Of a stretch of 60,724 nucleotides of DNA, positions 18,972-28,874 are shown in pieces. A program made the position numbers and the translations under genes. How positions within the stretch are numbered: position 1 is the first letter of the stretch; every line of letters begins with the position of its first letter. The notes beneath the pieces are model-generated. The model ran no database searches, had not been told where the DNA came from, and saw only the letters and a program-made list of their open reading frames with translations. This DNA is from an uncultured Alphaproteobacteria bacterium (GTDB lineage: Bacteria; Pseudomonadota; Alphaproteobacteria; RF32; CAG-239), in NCBI GenBank assembly GCA_944392865.1, contig CALXYD010000004.1, positions 1-60,724 on the forward strand, in the 5' to 3' direction.

Positions 18972-21900
18972 TTAGTAAACCGGACAGTAGGCGACGGCCT
19001 GGCTTTGATTGTCCATAGACATCAAGCCCTCTTCTTCAGCTGTTCTTACTGCCGTTTTGTTGATTTCAGCCTTTTCGGCGGCTTCCGCTGCGGAAGCACC
19101 TGTCGCATCCGGCTGAATGGTGGCTAATTCATCCGGATCGCCTGCTCCATCCTCTCCATCTACCGGTGCGCCAAGGGCAGCAAAGTAGTTTTCAATTTTA
19201 TTCAGGCGTTCCTGAACGCGATCTTTATCGGTCTCGTTAATTTCAAGGTTATTATACCCGGCGTGTTCGCCAAGTTCATCGCTATAACCCTGTTTTGCTT
19301 TACGAATCGCTTCATTTTTCAGTTCGTCAAGTTTACAGAAAATCTGGTCATAGTATGAACCGTCTTCGTTTTTCATCCCGCAGCTAACACTATAGACATC
19401 ATCTGATGAATCTTTTGCCAAACCGCCATTTTCCATAATCAGCTGGGCACATTCAGCAGCTTTTGCATTGACGCATTCGCTATCGGATGTATCTTCGCAA
19501 AGTTCTTCGCCGCTGACACTCTCGCCAAGATTATGCATTTGCTGGCATAAGTTCTCCAGAGCGTCGATAACATCTTCTTTGTTGTTATCCAGGGTCTTTT
19601 CGGCATTGCGCTCTGCATTCACCGCCTCCAGGAACGAACCGATAACATTGCGCTTAAACGTTGCTAAGTCGGCGAGTTGGCGTTTTATGCTGTTCTCCTG
19701 ATTTTCATCGTTCAGCAGATAGTCATAGATGTTACGCAACATAGGACGATATTCCAAGTTACCATTTAGGAATTGTCCGAGTTCGCTGTATTTCTCATAC
19801 ATCGGTTCATCCGTGCTGCCCAAACCGTCTTGCAAGGCCTTGGAATCGTCATCATCAAGTGGATTATGGTCTGCCAGCAACTGGCGCACACCACTTTTGT
19901 GATTAGCGACTTCCTGACAGGTCTGCACCGTTGCGCCGGACGGTATGGAGCTACGCTGTTTAAAGCTCATATCGCCAACACCATCGCCACCACCAACATC
20001 AATCACTTTGTTAGAGCTGATGTTTACAATCTTGCCTTTGTTATCCTGTTTACCAAGTTTGCACGGATATACGCCGGCTCGCCCTATAATCGCGCGGTAG
20101 TGGGATTCTTCCGCTCCCGGGATATCGGCATTGTTGATGTAATCTTTCAGCTTTTCCCTACCGTAAGAGCGCTCAACAAACGTCTGCTGATACAGCCCAT
20201 CCTTGCGGAAGTTCGGTGTTGCTAACAAGTAACGCCAAGTTTCCGGCAGATACTCAATCGCTTCTGCAATCTCTATCGTTGTGTGCTTGTATTTTTTATC
20301 TACCAGCGTTGATGGAGACGGCTTGTTATCCTTCTTCGGCACATCGTCATAATCCATTGCGCTAAAGTAGAATACTTCTCTTAGCGGAGCCAGATTCAGC
20401 AACGGTTTGCGCGGGGCTTTGTAATCGCGGCCGTTGTTGCTGTCTACATCTTCGCTAATTGACGGTATCAGTTCTTCCTTCTGCTTACCAAAGGTCGGGA
20501 CGGTTATTGTATACAAACCGCGTGCCGGCAGGCCTACATAATAGTTATCGTCGGTGACTATATCTGCCGGAATACCAAAACTTTCTTCAAGTTTGATACC
20601 TGCCAAATCCAGTTTTGCCTGGTTTTCCGCCTGTTTCAGCTTTTCAATCAAGGCGTAATGCTCGGCTGTTACGGATTGTCCGCCGTTTGCCACTCCATCA
20701 TCGGCATAATTTTCGTGGATGTAGATTTCTTCGGACGGTTCGGTTCCTTCTTCGCCGGTTACACCCCATTTTTCCATAACGGCGGTAATCTCATCGGCGG
20801 CCGAATCGACTTCTTTCTTAATCGTCGTATCCGCGTCTTTGATATATTTATCCTTGATGAGCTCCATGGCGTCTTCTTTGACAATGTCTTTAAGTTTCAA
20901 GGCTATTGAGGCCGGCGTGTAAACGCCATCCGGAATACCCTCAGCCGCAAGAGCGCCGTTGGCAATGACAAATTTGTCTACTACGCCATTGCTTTCCAAC
21001 ATTGCCGGATACTGCCCCCATTTGCCGCCTGAGAACCAGCGTTCTTCAATACTATCCAGGATAATACCCTTCAAATCGCTTTGAACCCGAGCGTCGTCAT
21101 TAACGCCATCGTGGTCGTTTTTATCCACGGTACTGTATAACACGCGCGCCATTGTCCAGGACAAATTATCATACTTATAGTCATTTGTCTGATATTTATC
21201 TTTACAGTCTAAAACGCCGAGTCTCCGCTCTTTAGTGCACCACGGTCTGCGTGTGTTCTCCATACGCGCCGGGTCGCTAACATCGTTTTGGACTTCAAGT
21301 TTCTTTTCAAACAGCTCGTTTTCGGCCTCTATTTTTTCCTGCCATGCCGTTGCCTCTTTAATATAGGTATCGGCAAACGTTTGGGCATACTCGCGAATTT
21401 CTTCGCTTTTGGCATCTATTTTTTCCTGTTGAACATCAAGAAAACTCTGTGCATCATCCATCTCCTCTTGGGCTTCGGTGATGTCGTCTTCTGTATCCAT
21501 TACGTTCTCGAAAATCTTATCCACGTCCAAGCCTTCATACAATTCTTTTTGCATTTCATCTTTACTTTTTCCGGTCGCAACATTGCGCCAACCGTTGCAT
21601 TCGCTGATATTTTCCGGTGCATTCGCACAGAGGAAGGCCAATTCCTCTTTCATCGCCGGAATTATACCGATTATTTCCGCAAGGGTCGGATTTTTTATTT
21701 TTTCCAAATCTTCTCCCGCTCCTCTCAGCAAAGAATCCAAATCGTTTTGCAGGCTTTCCGGTTTCGGGTTGCGATCTTTTAATCTGGCTTCCAACGCCGG
21801 AACACGGACATTCTCAAGGTTATCCAAGTCTTTGACTAAACCTGAGATGTGTTCAATGGAGCGTTGGCGTTCCTGAACAAATTTATTTTTATCTTCCGTT

Positions 21901-24533
21901 GCCTCGTCCAAATCTTTACTATATCGGCCTCTGTCTTCAATGGCTTTGCGCAACTCGTTTTTCAGTTCTGCCATTTTCTTTTCATACTCTTTTACCAGAT
22001 TTTTCAGCGCTTCTTCCGCTTCAAGACGCACCTCCAAAACCGGTTTGAGGTAATCCGAGGCGACTTTGCGGCCGGCGCTTTTGGCATTGGTATAAAGGTG
22101 CGTGGTTTGCGCATCAAGACCATTTATGCCACCCGGACAGGTTGCCTCGTAAGCTCCGCCATTTTTCCAGCTGCCTACGACGGCCGGCATATATCTCTGC
22201 ACTAAGAATTTGGTGCTGAAATCCCATATACCCGGGCATTGTCCGTCATTTACCTCAATCGCAGAATAAGGCGTGCTGGGTTTGGGGAAAGCACAACCGC
22301 CAGTAGAGGTTATTATTCGTTGGTCATACGTTTCACTTTTTTGTGTTCCGTCACAATCAACAGTTTTGGTTCCGTTAATATATCCGCTATCGTTGCTTCC
22401 AGAAATGTTACACGGGACAATTTTTGGACATGTGTAAGCAATTCCTTCAGAATTATAGCAAGTGCATTGGATGGTTTTTTGAGCTGAGCAACTTGCCGAA
22501 TCGCCACTTGAACCGGTGCAAGAACCACTGTATCCATCATTTGTGCAGAACTCTTGAAAAGCATCTTCTACTGTCGCTTCGGTTGTCAATTTGCAGGCGG
22601 TTATGGCCGGAAGGACTTTTTCAATGACGCCGGGGTCACTTTCCTGCAACGCCTGAGTGGTCGCAACGCGATAGGACATCATTCCCTCGTCCACCATTTT
22701 AACAATCATCCGCATATTGCGATATTTGTTGCGCAAATATTCGGATTGTAAATTCTTTTGGTCATTCCACGGATCAAATTTTAATATGCCGTCTTCCGTC
22801 ATCTTCATAATGTGGTCGTAACCGATACGCCAGCTCTTTTCGGCTTTAATGCGGTTTTCGGTTTCAATGTCATCAGCTACCGTGCCGTCCATTAAGAAAT
22901 CTGTATCATCATAATCCAAATTGCTATCTTGGGCAACGGTTTCATACCCTTCTTTCGGAAGCAGTGTCTGGTTGTAATCAGCCGTCGGCGCTTTCGGTTC
23001 GGTATCCGCAGTTACGGTATCCAAAACGCAGGCGACATAATTTTTATTTTCCACTTCAACTTCTTTACCGCTTTCGTCCTTGACCATATATTTACAGGTT
23101 TCGCCTTCCGTATATCCTTCCGGACAACTTCCAACTTCATAATAGCCGTCACATTCATCTATTTTTGAACTGCCGATAATTGTGTCGGTGGTGTCTTCCT
23201 GATATTCTTCAATGACCGTGCGGGAAAGAGAGCCTTCCACACGTTTTTCGTGTTCGTTGGCGATGGCCGGTTGACTACTACCCTCACCATACCATAACGT
23301 TTTACCCTGACCGCCACTATATTTATCCAAGAAGCCGATAACGCATTTTTCACTCTGAGTCAGAACATCCAACATACGCTGATGTATTTCTTTGGCTTTC
23401 AGATATTTACGATATTGCAATTTATAGTCATCAAGCTGAGCTTTCAGATTGTGCAAGCTGATTGCCTGAGAAATCTGGTCGTCAATCGGTTGCAGCTTGC
23501 CCAAGATGGCCGTATCATCCGTATTTTTCAGCTCTGCCCTATCCTCGTTGAAATCTGCGCAATCTTTTCCGCCGCTTTCACAGGCCTCGCTACGCTTATA
23601 GATACCACCAAGCATTGTTCCGTCCGCCAAGGTGTATTCGCGGCTGTCATTATAGGCAAAACGGTAGCCATTATCAAGATAATCTGCTGCCGAGCTCTGC
23701 TCTTCCGGCTCTATCGGGTCAACCATATCTATCTGCATGGCCGCGACAAACTGAGCTTCTGTTGCCGTCAAGTCCTGCACAATGCGCATCAGACGGTCGT
23801 ATACCGTTGTTACGATATAGGCGTTCAGCATTTCGCCATACTGGCCGGGGTTGGTGCTGCTCTCCGAATCGCCCAGCTCATCTTCGGTTTGTTGAGGATT
23901 GATGTAGGCCATTGTCAGACCAAAGAAGACGCAATTTTCCGGCGTGCTTTCTTTATAAAAACCTTTTTGGCAACGGTCTAAGCGGTCAATGGTTTTTTCA
24001 ACCAAGCTCAGATAGTCTTCGGTTACACGGCCGACCAAATAGGTTTCCATTATGATGTCTTGTTGATATTCAGCCGTTTTTTTCTTAAACGCGGTTTTGA
24101 CCGAAGAGTAGTTATCCGGATAGCTGCTTTGGGGGGGATATACTAAAAACAGCGTATTATATGCGTTAAAGAACTCTTCTTCGTTCAAACTATCCGCGCT
24201 AATGCCCAGTTTTTCACTCGCCTGCAATTTGCCTTTGCCCGGCGCTTTGTTTTTTCCGCCTTCTTTTGAGCCTTTGAACTGCGCAACGGCAAAATTTGCC
24301 GCTTTTTTCAAAACTTCAAGTTTCTGCGTGTTAAATTCGGCTTTTACCGTCTGAAGTTCACGATAAGCCGCTTTCACATTGGAAACGATTTTATTGGCGT
24401 TGCCCGGAATATCTACTTCAATATCCCATGGCATCGGCGGAATAAGAAAGAATGCATCCGCTTTTTTTGCTTCCGCTCCCAAGATAAGCACACTCAGAAA
24501 CAGGCATTGTAATAATTTTACGATCTTAGTCAT
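18972..24533 (-). CDS. 1853-aa secreted Cys-rich/coiled-coil protein in the T4SS operon, putative VirB5-like tip adhesin
   Basis: Signal peptide ending ADA, then P-x-P-W-D and a helical segment; roughly 35 Cys by hand count; long coiled coils; overlaps the upstream gene by 8 bp. Function is inferred. Confidence 0.6.
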   Translation of the reverse strand: MTKIVKLLQCLFLSVLILGAEAKKADAFFLIPPMPWDIEVDIPGNANKIVSNVKAAYRELQTVKAEFNTQKLEVLKKAANFAVAQFKGSKEGGKNKAPGKGKLQASEKLGISADSLNEEEFFNAYNTLFLVYPPQSSYPDNYSSVKTAFKKKTAEYQQDIIMETYLVGRVTEDYLSLVEKTIDRLDRCQKGFYKESTPENCVFFGLTMAYINPQQTEDELGDSESSTNPGQYGEMLNAYIVTTVYDRLMRIVQDLTATEAQFVAAMQIDMVDPIEPEEQSSAADYLDNGYRFAYNDSREYTLADGTMLGGIYKRSEACESGGKDCADFNEDRAELKNTDDTAILGKLQPIDDQISQAISLHNLKAQLDDYKLQYRKYLKAKEIHQRMLDVLTQSEKCVIGFLDKYSGGQGKTLWYGEGSSQPAIANEHEKRVEGSLSRTVIEEYQEDTTDTIIGSSKIDECDGYYEVGSCPEGYTEGETCKYMVKDESGKEVEVENKNYVACVLDTVTADTEPKAPTADYNQTLLPKEGYETVAQDSNLDYDDTDFLMDGTVADDIETENRIKAEKSWRIGYDHIMKMTEDGILKFDPWNDQKNLQSEYLRNKYRNMRMIVKMVDEGMMSYRVATTQALQESDPGVIEKVLPAITACKLTTEATVEDAFQEFCTNDGYSGSCTGSSGDSASCSAQKTIQCTCYNSEGIAYTCPKIVPCNISGSNDSGYINGTKTVDCDGTQKSETYDQRIITSTGGCAFPKPSTPYSAIEVNDGQCPGIWDFSTKFLVQRYMPAVVGSWKNGGAYEATCPGGINGLDAQTTHLYTNAKSAGRKVASDYLKPVLEVRLEAEEALKNLVKEYEKKMAELKNELRKAIEDRGRYSKDLDEATEDKNKFVQERQRSIEHISGLVKDLDNLENVRVPALEARLKDRNPKPESLQNDLDSLLRGAGEDLEKIKNPTLAEIIGIIPAMKEELAFLCANAPENISECNGWRNVATGKSKDEMQKELYEGLDVDKIFENVMDTEDDITEAQEEMDDAQSFLDVQQEKIDAKSEEIREYAQTFADTYIKEATAWQEKIEAENELFEKKLEVQNDVSDPARMENTRRPWCTKERRLGVLDCKDKYQTNDYKYDNLSWTMARVLYSTVDKNDHDGVNDDARVQSDLKGIILDSIEERWFSGGKWGQYPAMLESNGVVDKFVIANGALAAEGIPDGVYTPASIALKLKDIVKEDAMELIKDKYIKDADTTIKKEVDSAADEITAVMEKWGVTGEEGTEPSEEIYIHENYADDGVANGGQSVTAEHYALIEKLKQAENQAKLDLAGIKLEESFGIPADIVTDDNYYVGLPARGLYTITVPTFGKQKEELIPSISEDVDSNNGRDYKAPRKPLLNLAPLREVFYFSAMDYDDVPKKDNKPSPSTLVDKKYKHTTIEIAEAIEYLPETWRYLLATPNFRKDGLYQQTFVERSYGREKLKDYINNADIPGAEESHYRAIIGRAGVYPCKLGKQDNKGKIVNISSNKVIDVGGGDGVGDMSFKQRSSIPSGATVQTCQEVANHKSGVRQLLADHNPLDDDDSKALQDGLGSTDEPMYEKYSELGQFLNGNLEYRPMLRNIYDYLLNDENQENSIKRQLADLATFKRNVIGSFLEAVNAERNAEKTLDNNKEDVIDALENLCQQMHNLGESVSGEELCEDTSDSECVNAKAAECAQLIMENGGLAKDSSDDVYSVSCGMKNEDGSYYDQIFCKLDELKNEAIRKAKQGYSDELGEHAGYNNLEINETDKDRVQERLNKIENYFAALGAPVDGEDGAGDPDELATIQPDATGASAAEAAEKAEINKTAVRTAEEEGLMSMDNQSQAVAYCPVY

Positions 24534-25881
24534 TGGTATCCCCTCCCTCTAACCATTGATACTCTTCTGCATTTACTTCAAAACTTTCGGTAGCCGTTAC
24601 CGCCTCGTTTGCCGTTCCGGCCTTTTTGATTAAGTCATCCACATATTCTTTGGTGAGAATATATTTATCTAAGTTAAATTCTAAATAATTGCCGTTCGGC
24701 GTCTTCTCCATTTCCGCATCCAACAGAGCCCTTGCCGCCATATATTGCAGACGGGCGCTTTGCAATTTGGCATACATCAAAAGGGCTCGCATATTTTCAA
24801 TTCTCGTCGCGGAATACGAAGATATTGCCTCCAACTCATTAGCCGCTTTGGGCGTGTTCTCAAAATATTCATCAATTATGGTTGTGCGAACCGGTATCTC
24901 ACGCCTTAAACTTGCCGTAACCTGCAAGAGGTGAGCTGCCGTATTGACCAAAGTATATTTACGCTCACGCGTTGCCGCATCTATTTTGGTCTGATGTTCT
25001 ATCCGGCTTTTTTCATCAGCTGCACTGCTTAATTTCTCCGGATCATAGAAATAACGCTCCATAAAGTCTTTGTAATCTTCTTCGGTCGGACTGAACTTGT
25101 CTACAATATCGTCTTGATTTTGCATACTCCACTCCAGCTCTTCCGCACCTTCGGTTTTATCAACGAAAGTTTCATCTTCTTCATCGGCATCAAGTTCCTC
25201 AATCCGTTCCTGAAAAGAAACATATTTCGGGTCAGCCTCTGTTCCGACTTTGGCTTTTTCCGTCTGCAAGACAGTTAATTGCGCCGCTAAAATTTTTTGC
25301 AAGCCTTCCAGCTCCTTGCAAGCCGTTTCCAAAGCTTTGTATTCCATTTCGGCAGTTATATACTCGTCATACGCCTGTTCTGATTGGCCGGGAATATGTT
25401 TTACCTGTTCATAAGCCTGTTTTAACTGCGCCGCTTTTGCTTTTGTTTCGTTTTTCTCTCTTTCCTTTTCCGCTTTCTTTTCGGTCGTTTCTTTTATGCT
25501 GGCCTGCGTCATTTCAATTTTTACGGTGTAGTACTGATTTTGCGCCGTAACATACTGTTCCTGCTCAGCCTCCAGCTTTTCTTTATTTTTCTGTTTTGTC
25601 CCTTTTGTAAGCTGGCTCATTTTCTTTTTAATGACAGGCATTGCAAAGGTATTGAACTTATCAACGCCCAAATCAAATAACATCTTCTTGTTTATTCCCT
25701 GCGCGCTTAACTGCTTGGCCTGAGAAACGTGCTGAGATATGTTCGTGGTTGCATCGCTAACTTTTCCAACCCAATCGCTGATTTTTGCAGCCAATGTCGC
25801 CGCATCGATAATCAAAGCATACGATGGTGTCGCAGAACCTAACATAAAACAGAAAGCCCATATTGCTGTTGTCTTTTTCAT
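24526..25881 (-). CDS. Secreted coiled-coil protein, VirB5/TrbJ-like
   Basis: Signal peptide ending SYA, then LIIDAATLA and all-helical/coiled-coil composition; ATGA overlap with the upstream gene. Confidence 0.6.
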   Translation of the reverse strand: MKKTTAIWAFCFMLGSATPSYALIIDAATLAAKISDWVGKVSDATTNISQHVSQAKQLSAQGINKKMLFDLGVDKFNTFAMPVIKKKMSQLTKGTKQKNKEKLEAEQEQYVTAQNQYYTVKIEMTQASIKETTEKKAEKEREKNETKAKAAQLKQAYEQVKHIPGQSEQAYDEYITAEMEYKALETACKELEGLQKILAAQLTVLQTEKAKVGTEADPKYVSFQERIEELDADEEDETFVDKTEGAEELEWSMQNQDDIVDKFSPTEEDYKDFMERYFYDPEKLSSAADEKSRIEHQTKIDAATRERKYTLVNTAAHLLQVTASLRREIPVRTTIIDEYFENTPKAANELEAISSYSATRIENMRALLMYAKLQSARLQYMAARALLDAEMEKTPNGNYLEFNLDKYILTKEYVDDLIKKAGTANEAVTATESFEVNAEEYQWLEGGDTND

Positions 25882-26588
25882 TCTCCGCTCTCCTCTGCTT
25901 CTATGGTTTGGGTTGACATTTCTGCTGCGGCCGCTCCGCTAACCATGTAGGCGCGTAACTCCAAAATACGATTTAACCGTTGTTGCGTGGCTATATCAAC
26001 GACATTTTGGGCGCTTAATATCTCGTCTATATTATTATTTTTGAAATTTTGCTGGTATAAAGAACCGTCTTCCATCAGAATACTTTGGCGTGTTGCCACC
26101 GCTTTGGCGAATAACAACGCCGTATCATCGGATAGTATCGCATTCAGCTGGCGCCGATTTTCATTCAGATTTTCCAAATCTTTCCCCCGTCCGCGATGGT
26201 ATATGTATGTATCCTGAATAGTTTTTATCAATGAAACATCTAATTTTTCGTTTAAGTCTCCGTCAGAAAGCTCTTCAGCCCCCGGCATTACGCGTATCTC
26301 GTCCATTGTTTCAACATAAAATTGTTTGGCATCTTTTCCCCATGTTTCCAAGGCTTTCGTATCGCAACTCTTGGGATTTTTATAACAACTTTTAGCCAGT
26401 TCAAAACCTTGACGAGCTCTTTTTTCAATTTCTCTTGCTTTTTTTGCATACTCTTGGATTTTATTTTTATAGTCTTCTGCCTGTTCAAGCACAGACTCTA
26501 TCTTTGCCATAATATCAAATATGGCATAAGCTTCCCGCGTATACATGAACAGGGATAATACCAAAGCTATACATAATTTTTTTCTCAT
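25878..26588 (-). CDS. Secreted helical protein, VirB5/TrbJ-like (canonical size)
   Basis: 236 aa, signal ending AYA, then IFD and a coiled coil; C-terminal SAQNVVDIATQQRLNRILELRA resembles the TrbJ/VirB5 tail; TGATG coupling to the upstream gene. Confidence 0.6.
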   Translation of the reverse strand: MRKKLCIALVLSLFMYTREAYAIFDIMAKIESVLEQAEDYKNKIQEYAKKAREIEKRARQGFELAKSCYKNPKSCDTKALETWGKDAKQFYVETMDEIRVMPGAEELSDGDLNEKLDVSLIKTIQDTYIYHRGRGKDLENLNENRRQLNAILSDDTALLFAKAVATRQSILMEDGSLYQQNFKNNNIDEILSAQNVVDIATQQRLNRILELRAYMVSGAAAAEMSTQTIEAEESGE

Positions 26589-28801
26589 CAGCTTTCTCCT
26601 GCCGTGGACTGGCCAAAGTAATTGTAATCAAAGGTCATTAAGTCCTTTAATATTCCCGTCTGCTGATTTTGGGCATCTGCATCAATAATGCTTAAAATCT
26701 GCAGGGTTGTATAGTAATTCATTTGCGCACCGGCCGAATAGTCATCTCTGGCCGTGGTGCTTTCTTTTATACCTTTTTGCATTGTTACGATGTTTTCGTC
26801 ATCCGCATTCGGCAGTTGTTCCGGATTCGCATAGTCCAAGCTGGATTTATAATTATTGATGATTGCCAAAGTCAGATTGTTAAATGCCGAATCATTATAA
26901 GCTTTCATCTGACGGTTGCGCCAAATCCTTTTACCAAATTCGCCGCCTCCTTCGCTTGCTTTTCCGTCTATGGTGCCACGGCTTGCCCCTTCGGCATACT
27001 TAAACAGGCAATCAGCCAAATTCTGTTCCTTTTCGGTAATCAGGCTGGCATTGTATTTATTTTTGGCGGAAACGGATATATCTTTTGCACGCAGATCGCA
27101 AATTGACAGGATTACGTTGGAAAATATGGCTCTATCCTTTACACCATAATCCGTTTCCTCACTGTCCAGATCACTGCTCTGCATTGTTCCCCAATTTTGA
27201 TTGGTGGCTGTTGCATATTCCGAATCACGTCCATCCAAATATAACTCCAGACCTTCAGTAAAATCCTTAATCATATTTTTTGCGCGGCTTAACGCATCAA
27301 CCCGGCGAATCTCGCTCCAAAGTTTGGGCGCTTCAATGTCCGTCATGCTCATTAACGATATAGCACTACGCGTATTGTCCACATCTTTTAGAGTTTTGCG
27401 CAACATATACAACGTTCCTTTGTTGCTATCGTCATCCGGCTCTAAAGCGCTCCATGTTGCTGCATTTTGTTTGGCGCGGCTGGTGTTGGCAATGTTTGCC
27501 ATACTGTAATCTTCCAAAAGATGTTTATATACGCCGTTCTTTTTATATGGAGAATATAAAAGGTCATCATATAAGTTCGGATAAAGTTCGGGATCTCCTT
27601 TTGCCTTTATAACGCATTCTCTCAAATCTCCCGGACTTTCTTCAATTTCCCCTACATCAAGGTTATCGCAAGCTAATTCTGCCGGCAACAAAAAGCTGCC
27701 GTCCGTTTCAGAAAATATACCGGTCAACAGTGCGGTTGAATGTTCCGAATGAAAATTGAAAGCATAATTTTTGGTTGCTTTTTTTTTCCATAAGCTTGAT
27801 GTTTTTTCGCTACCATCCGAATAGTCGCCGGTATCACTGGAGGCATCCAAAATGCTTTCGGACAAGTCGTCTAATCTATCAGCAATACCTTGTGCCTCAT
27901 TGACAAGGTCGTCTATCAGGGTTTCATCAATTCCGGCTTCCAAAGAGGCCACGCTCTGTTTGAAGTCTTCACCGGCTTTTGTTAAATCTTCACGGGTTAT
28001 TTTACCGGCATAGAAATCGCTTACCGCCTGACTATACGAATCAAGTGCCTCTGCTACCTTTTTACTATGCTGTTCATTATAATTTTCTTTGGCTTCGGTA
28101 ATAATCGCGGTGCTTTTTTCTTTTAAGTCCTCAATATCTTTTTTGATAGTATCGGCTTCTTTGTTAAGTTCTTCTTTCTTTTCCTCGTCCAGCTTTTCAT
28201 TACCGTCAACAGTCGCCATCATTATATCAAGTTCACTGTTAACTTTATTAAGAGAATCGTTAATTTCCTGGCTTGCCTCGTCTAAACTCTCGTTTACGTT
28301 CTGACGAATTGCCTCAGATTCTTCTTGTGCCGTATCTATTGTTTCCTGCACTTCTTCTTCAACAGCGCCGGCATCAACCTGCTCGTTTACACTGTTCACC
28401 AAATTTTCGGCATTTTCCTTTTCTTTTTCTGTTGCGCCATTGAGCATAGCATCCAGTTCTTCAGCGCGTTCTTCCAGATTGTTTAATGTATCTTTTGCAT
28501 CACTAATCGTTCTGGTTACCGTATCTTTTATATTCGTGATAGTGCCCTTTAAATCAGTGGCATATTTTTTTACCGATGCAACCTGTTCGCCGACCATTGT
28601 TATCGTTTTGTTTATTTCCTGTAACTGGCTGGTTGCGTTGCTTACCTGGCCTATTCCGTTGGCTATGGTTTGAGCAAATGAAGTAACTTCCGTCAAGTCA
28701 ATCACAGGCCAAATAAACGCATGAGCAGGACGCCATACAAACAGGCTACCGCATATTATAGCGTATGCTGCTATTTTTTTTGATGCTATCCCTTTTTTCA
28801 T
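26588..28801 (-). CDS. Secreted protein with VirB5/TrbJ-like N-terminus (737 aa)
   Basis: Signal ending AHA, then FIWPVID (PVxD motif typical of VirB5/TrbJ mature N-termini), long helical region and a Cys-containing C-terminal domain; GGGAGGG RBS. Confidence 0.65.
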   Translation of the reverse strand: MKKGIASKKIAAYAIICGSLFVWRPAHAFIWPVIDLTEVTSFAQTIANGIGQVSNATSQLQEINKTITMVGEQVASVKKYATDLKGTITNIKDTVTRTISDAKDTLNNLEERAEELDAMLNGATEKEKENAENLVNSVNEQVDAGAVEEEVQETIDTAQEESEAIRQNVNESLDEASQEINDSLNKVNSELDIMMATVDGNEKLDEEKKEELNKEADTIKKDIEDLKEKSTAIITEAKENYNEQHSKKVAEALDSYSQAVSDFYAGKITREDLTKAGEDFKQSVASLEAGIDETLIDDLVNEAQGIADRLDDLSESILDASSDTGDYSDGSEKTSSLWKKKATKNYAFNFHSEHSTALLTGIFSETDGSFLLPAELACDNLDVGEIEESPGDLRECVIKAKGDPELYPNLYDDLLYSPYKKNGVYKHLLEDYSMANIANTSRAKQNAATWSALEPDDDSNKGTLYMLRKTLKDVDNTRSAISLMSMTDIEAPKLWSEIRRVDALSRAKNMIKDFTEGLELYLDGRDSEYATATNQNWGTMQSSDLDSEETDYGVKDRAIFSNVILSICDLRAKDISVSAKNKYNASLITEKEQNLADCLFKYAEGASRGTIDGKASEGGGEFGKRIWRNRQMKAYNDSAFNNLTLAIINNYKSSLDYANPEQLPNADDENIVTMQKGIKESTTARDDYSAGAQMNYYTTLQILSIIDADAQNQQTGILKDLMTFDYNYFGQSTAGES

Positions 28802-28874
28802 AATGCCCTCCCTTAACCTTACGGACTAATAATGTTTTATACACAAATTATTGACATACTCTTAATTTATCCAG

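Noticed and set aside
27779-27788. Homopolymer T run (poly-A on the coding strand) as a phase-variation tract
   Set aside because: About 9 nt, in frame (WKKK), and unremarkable in an AT-rich genome with many similar runs.
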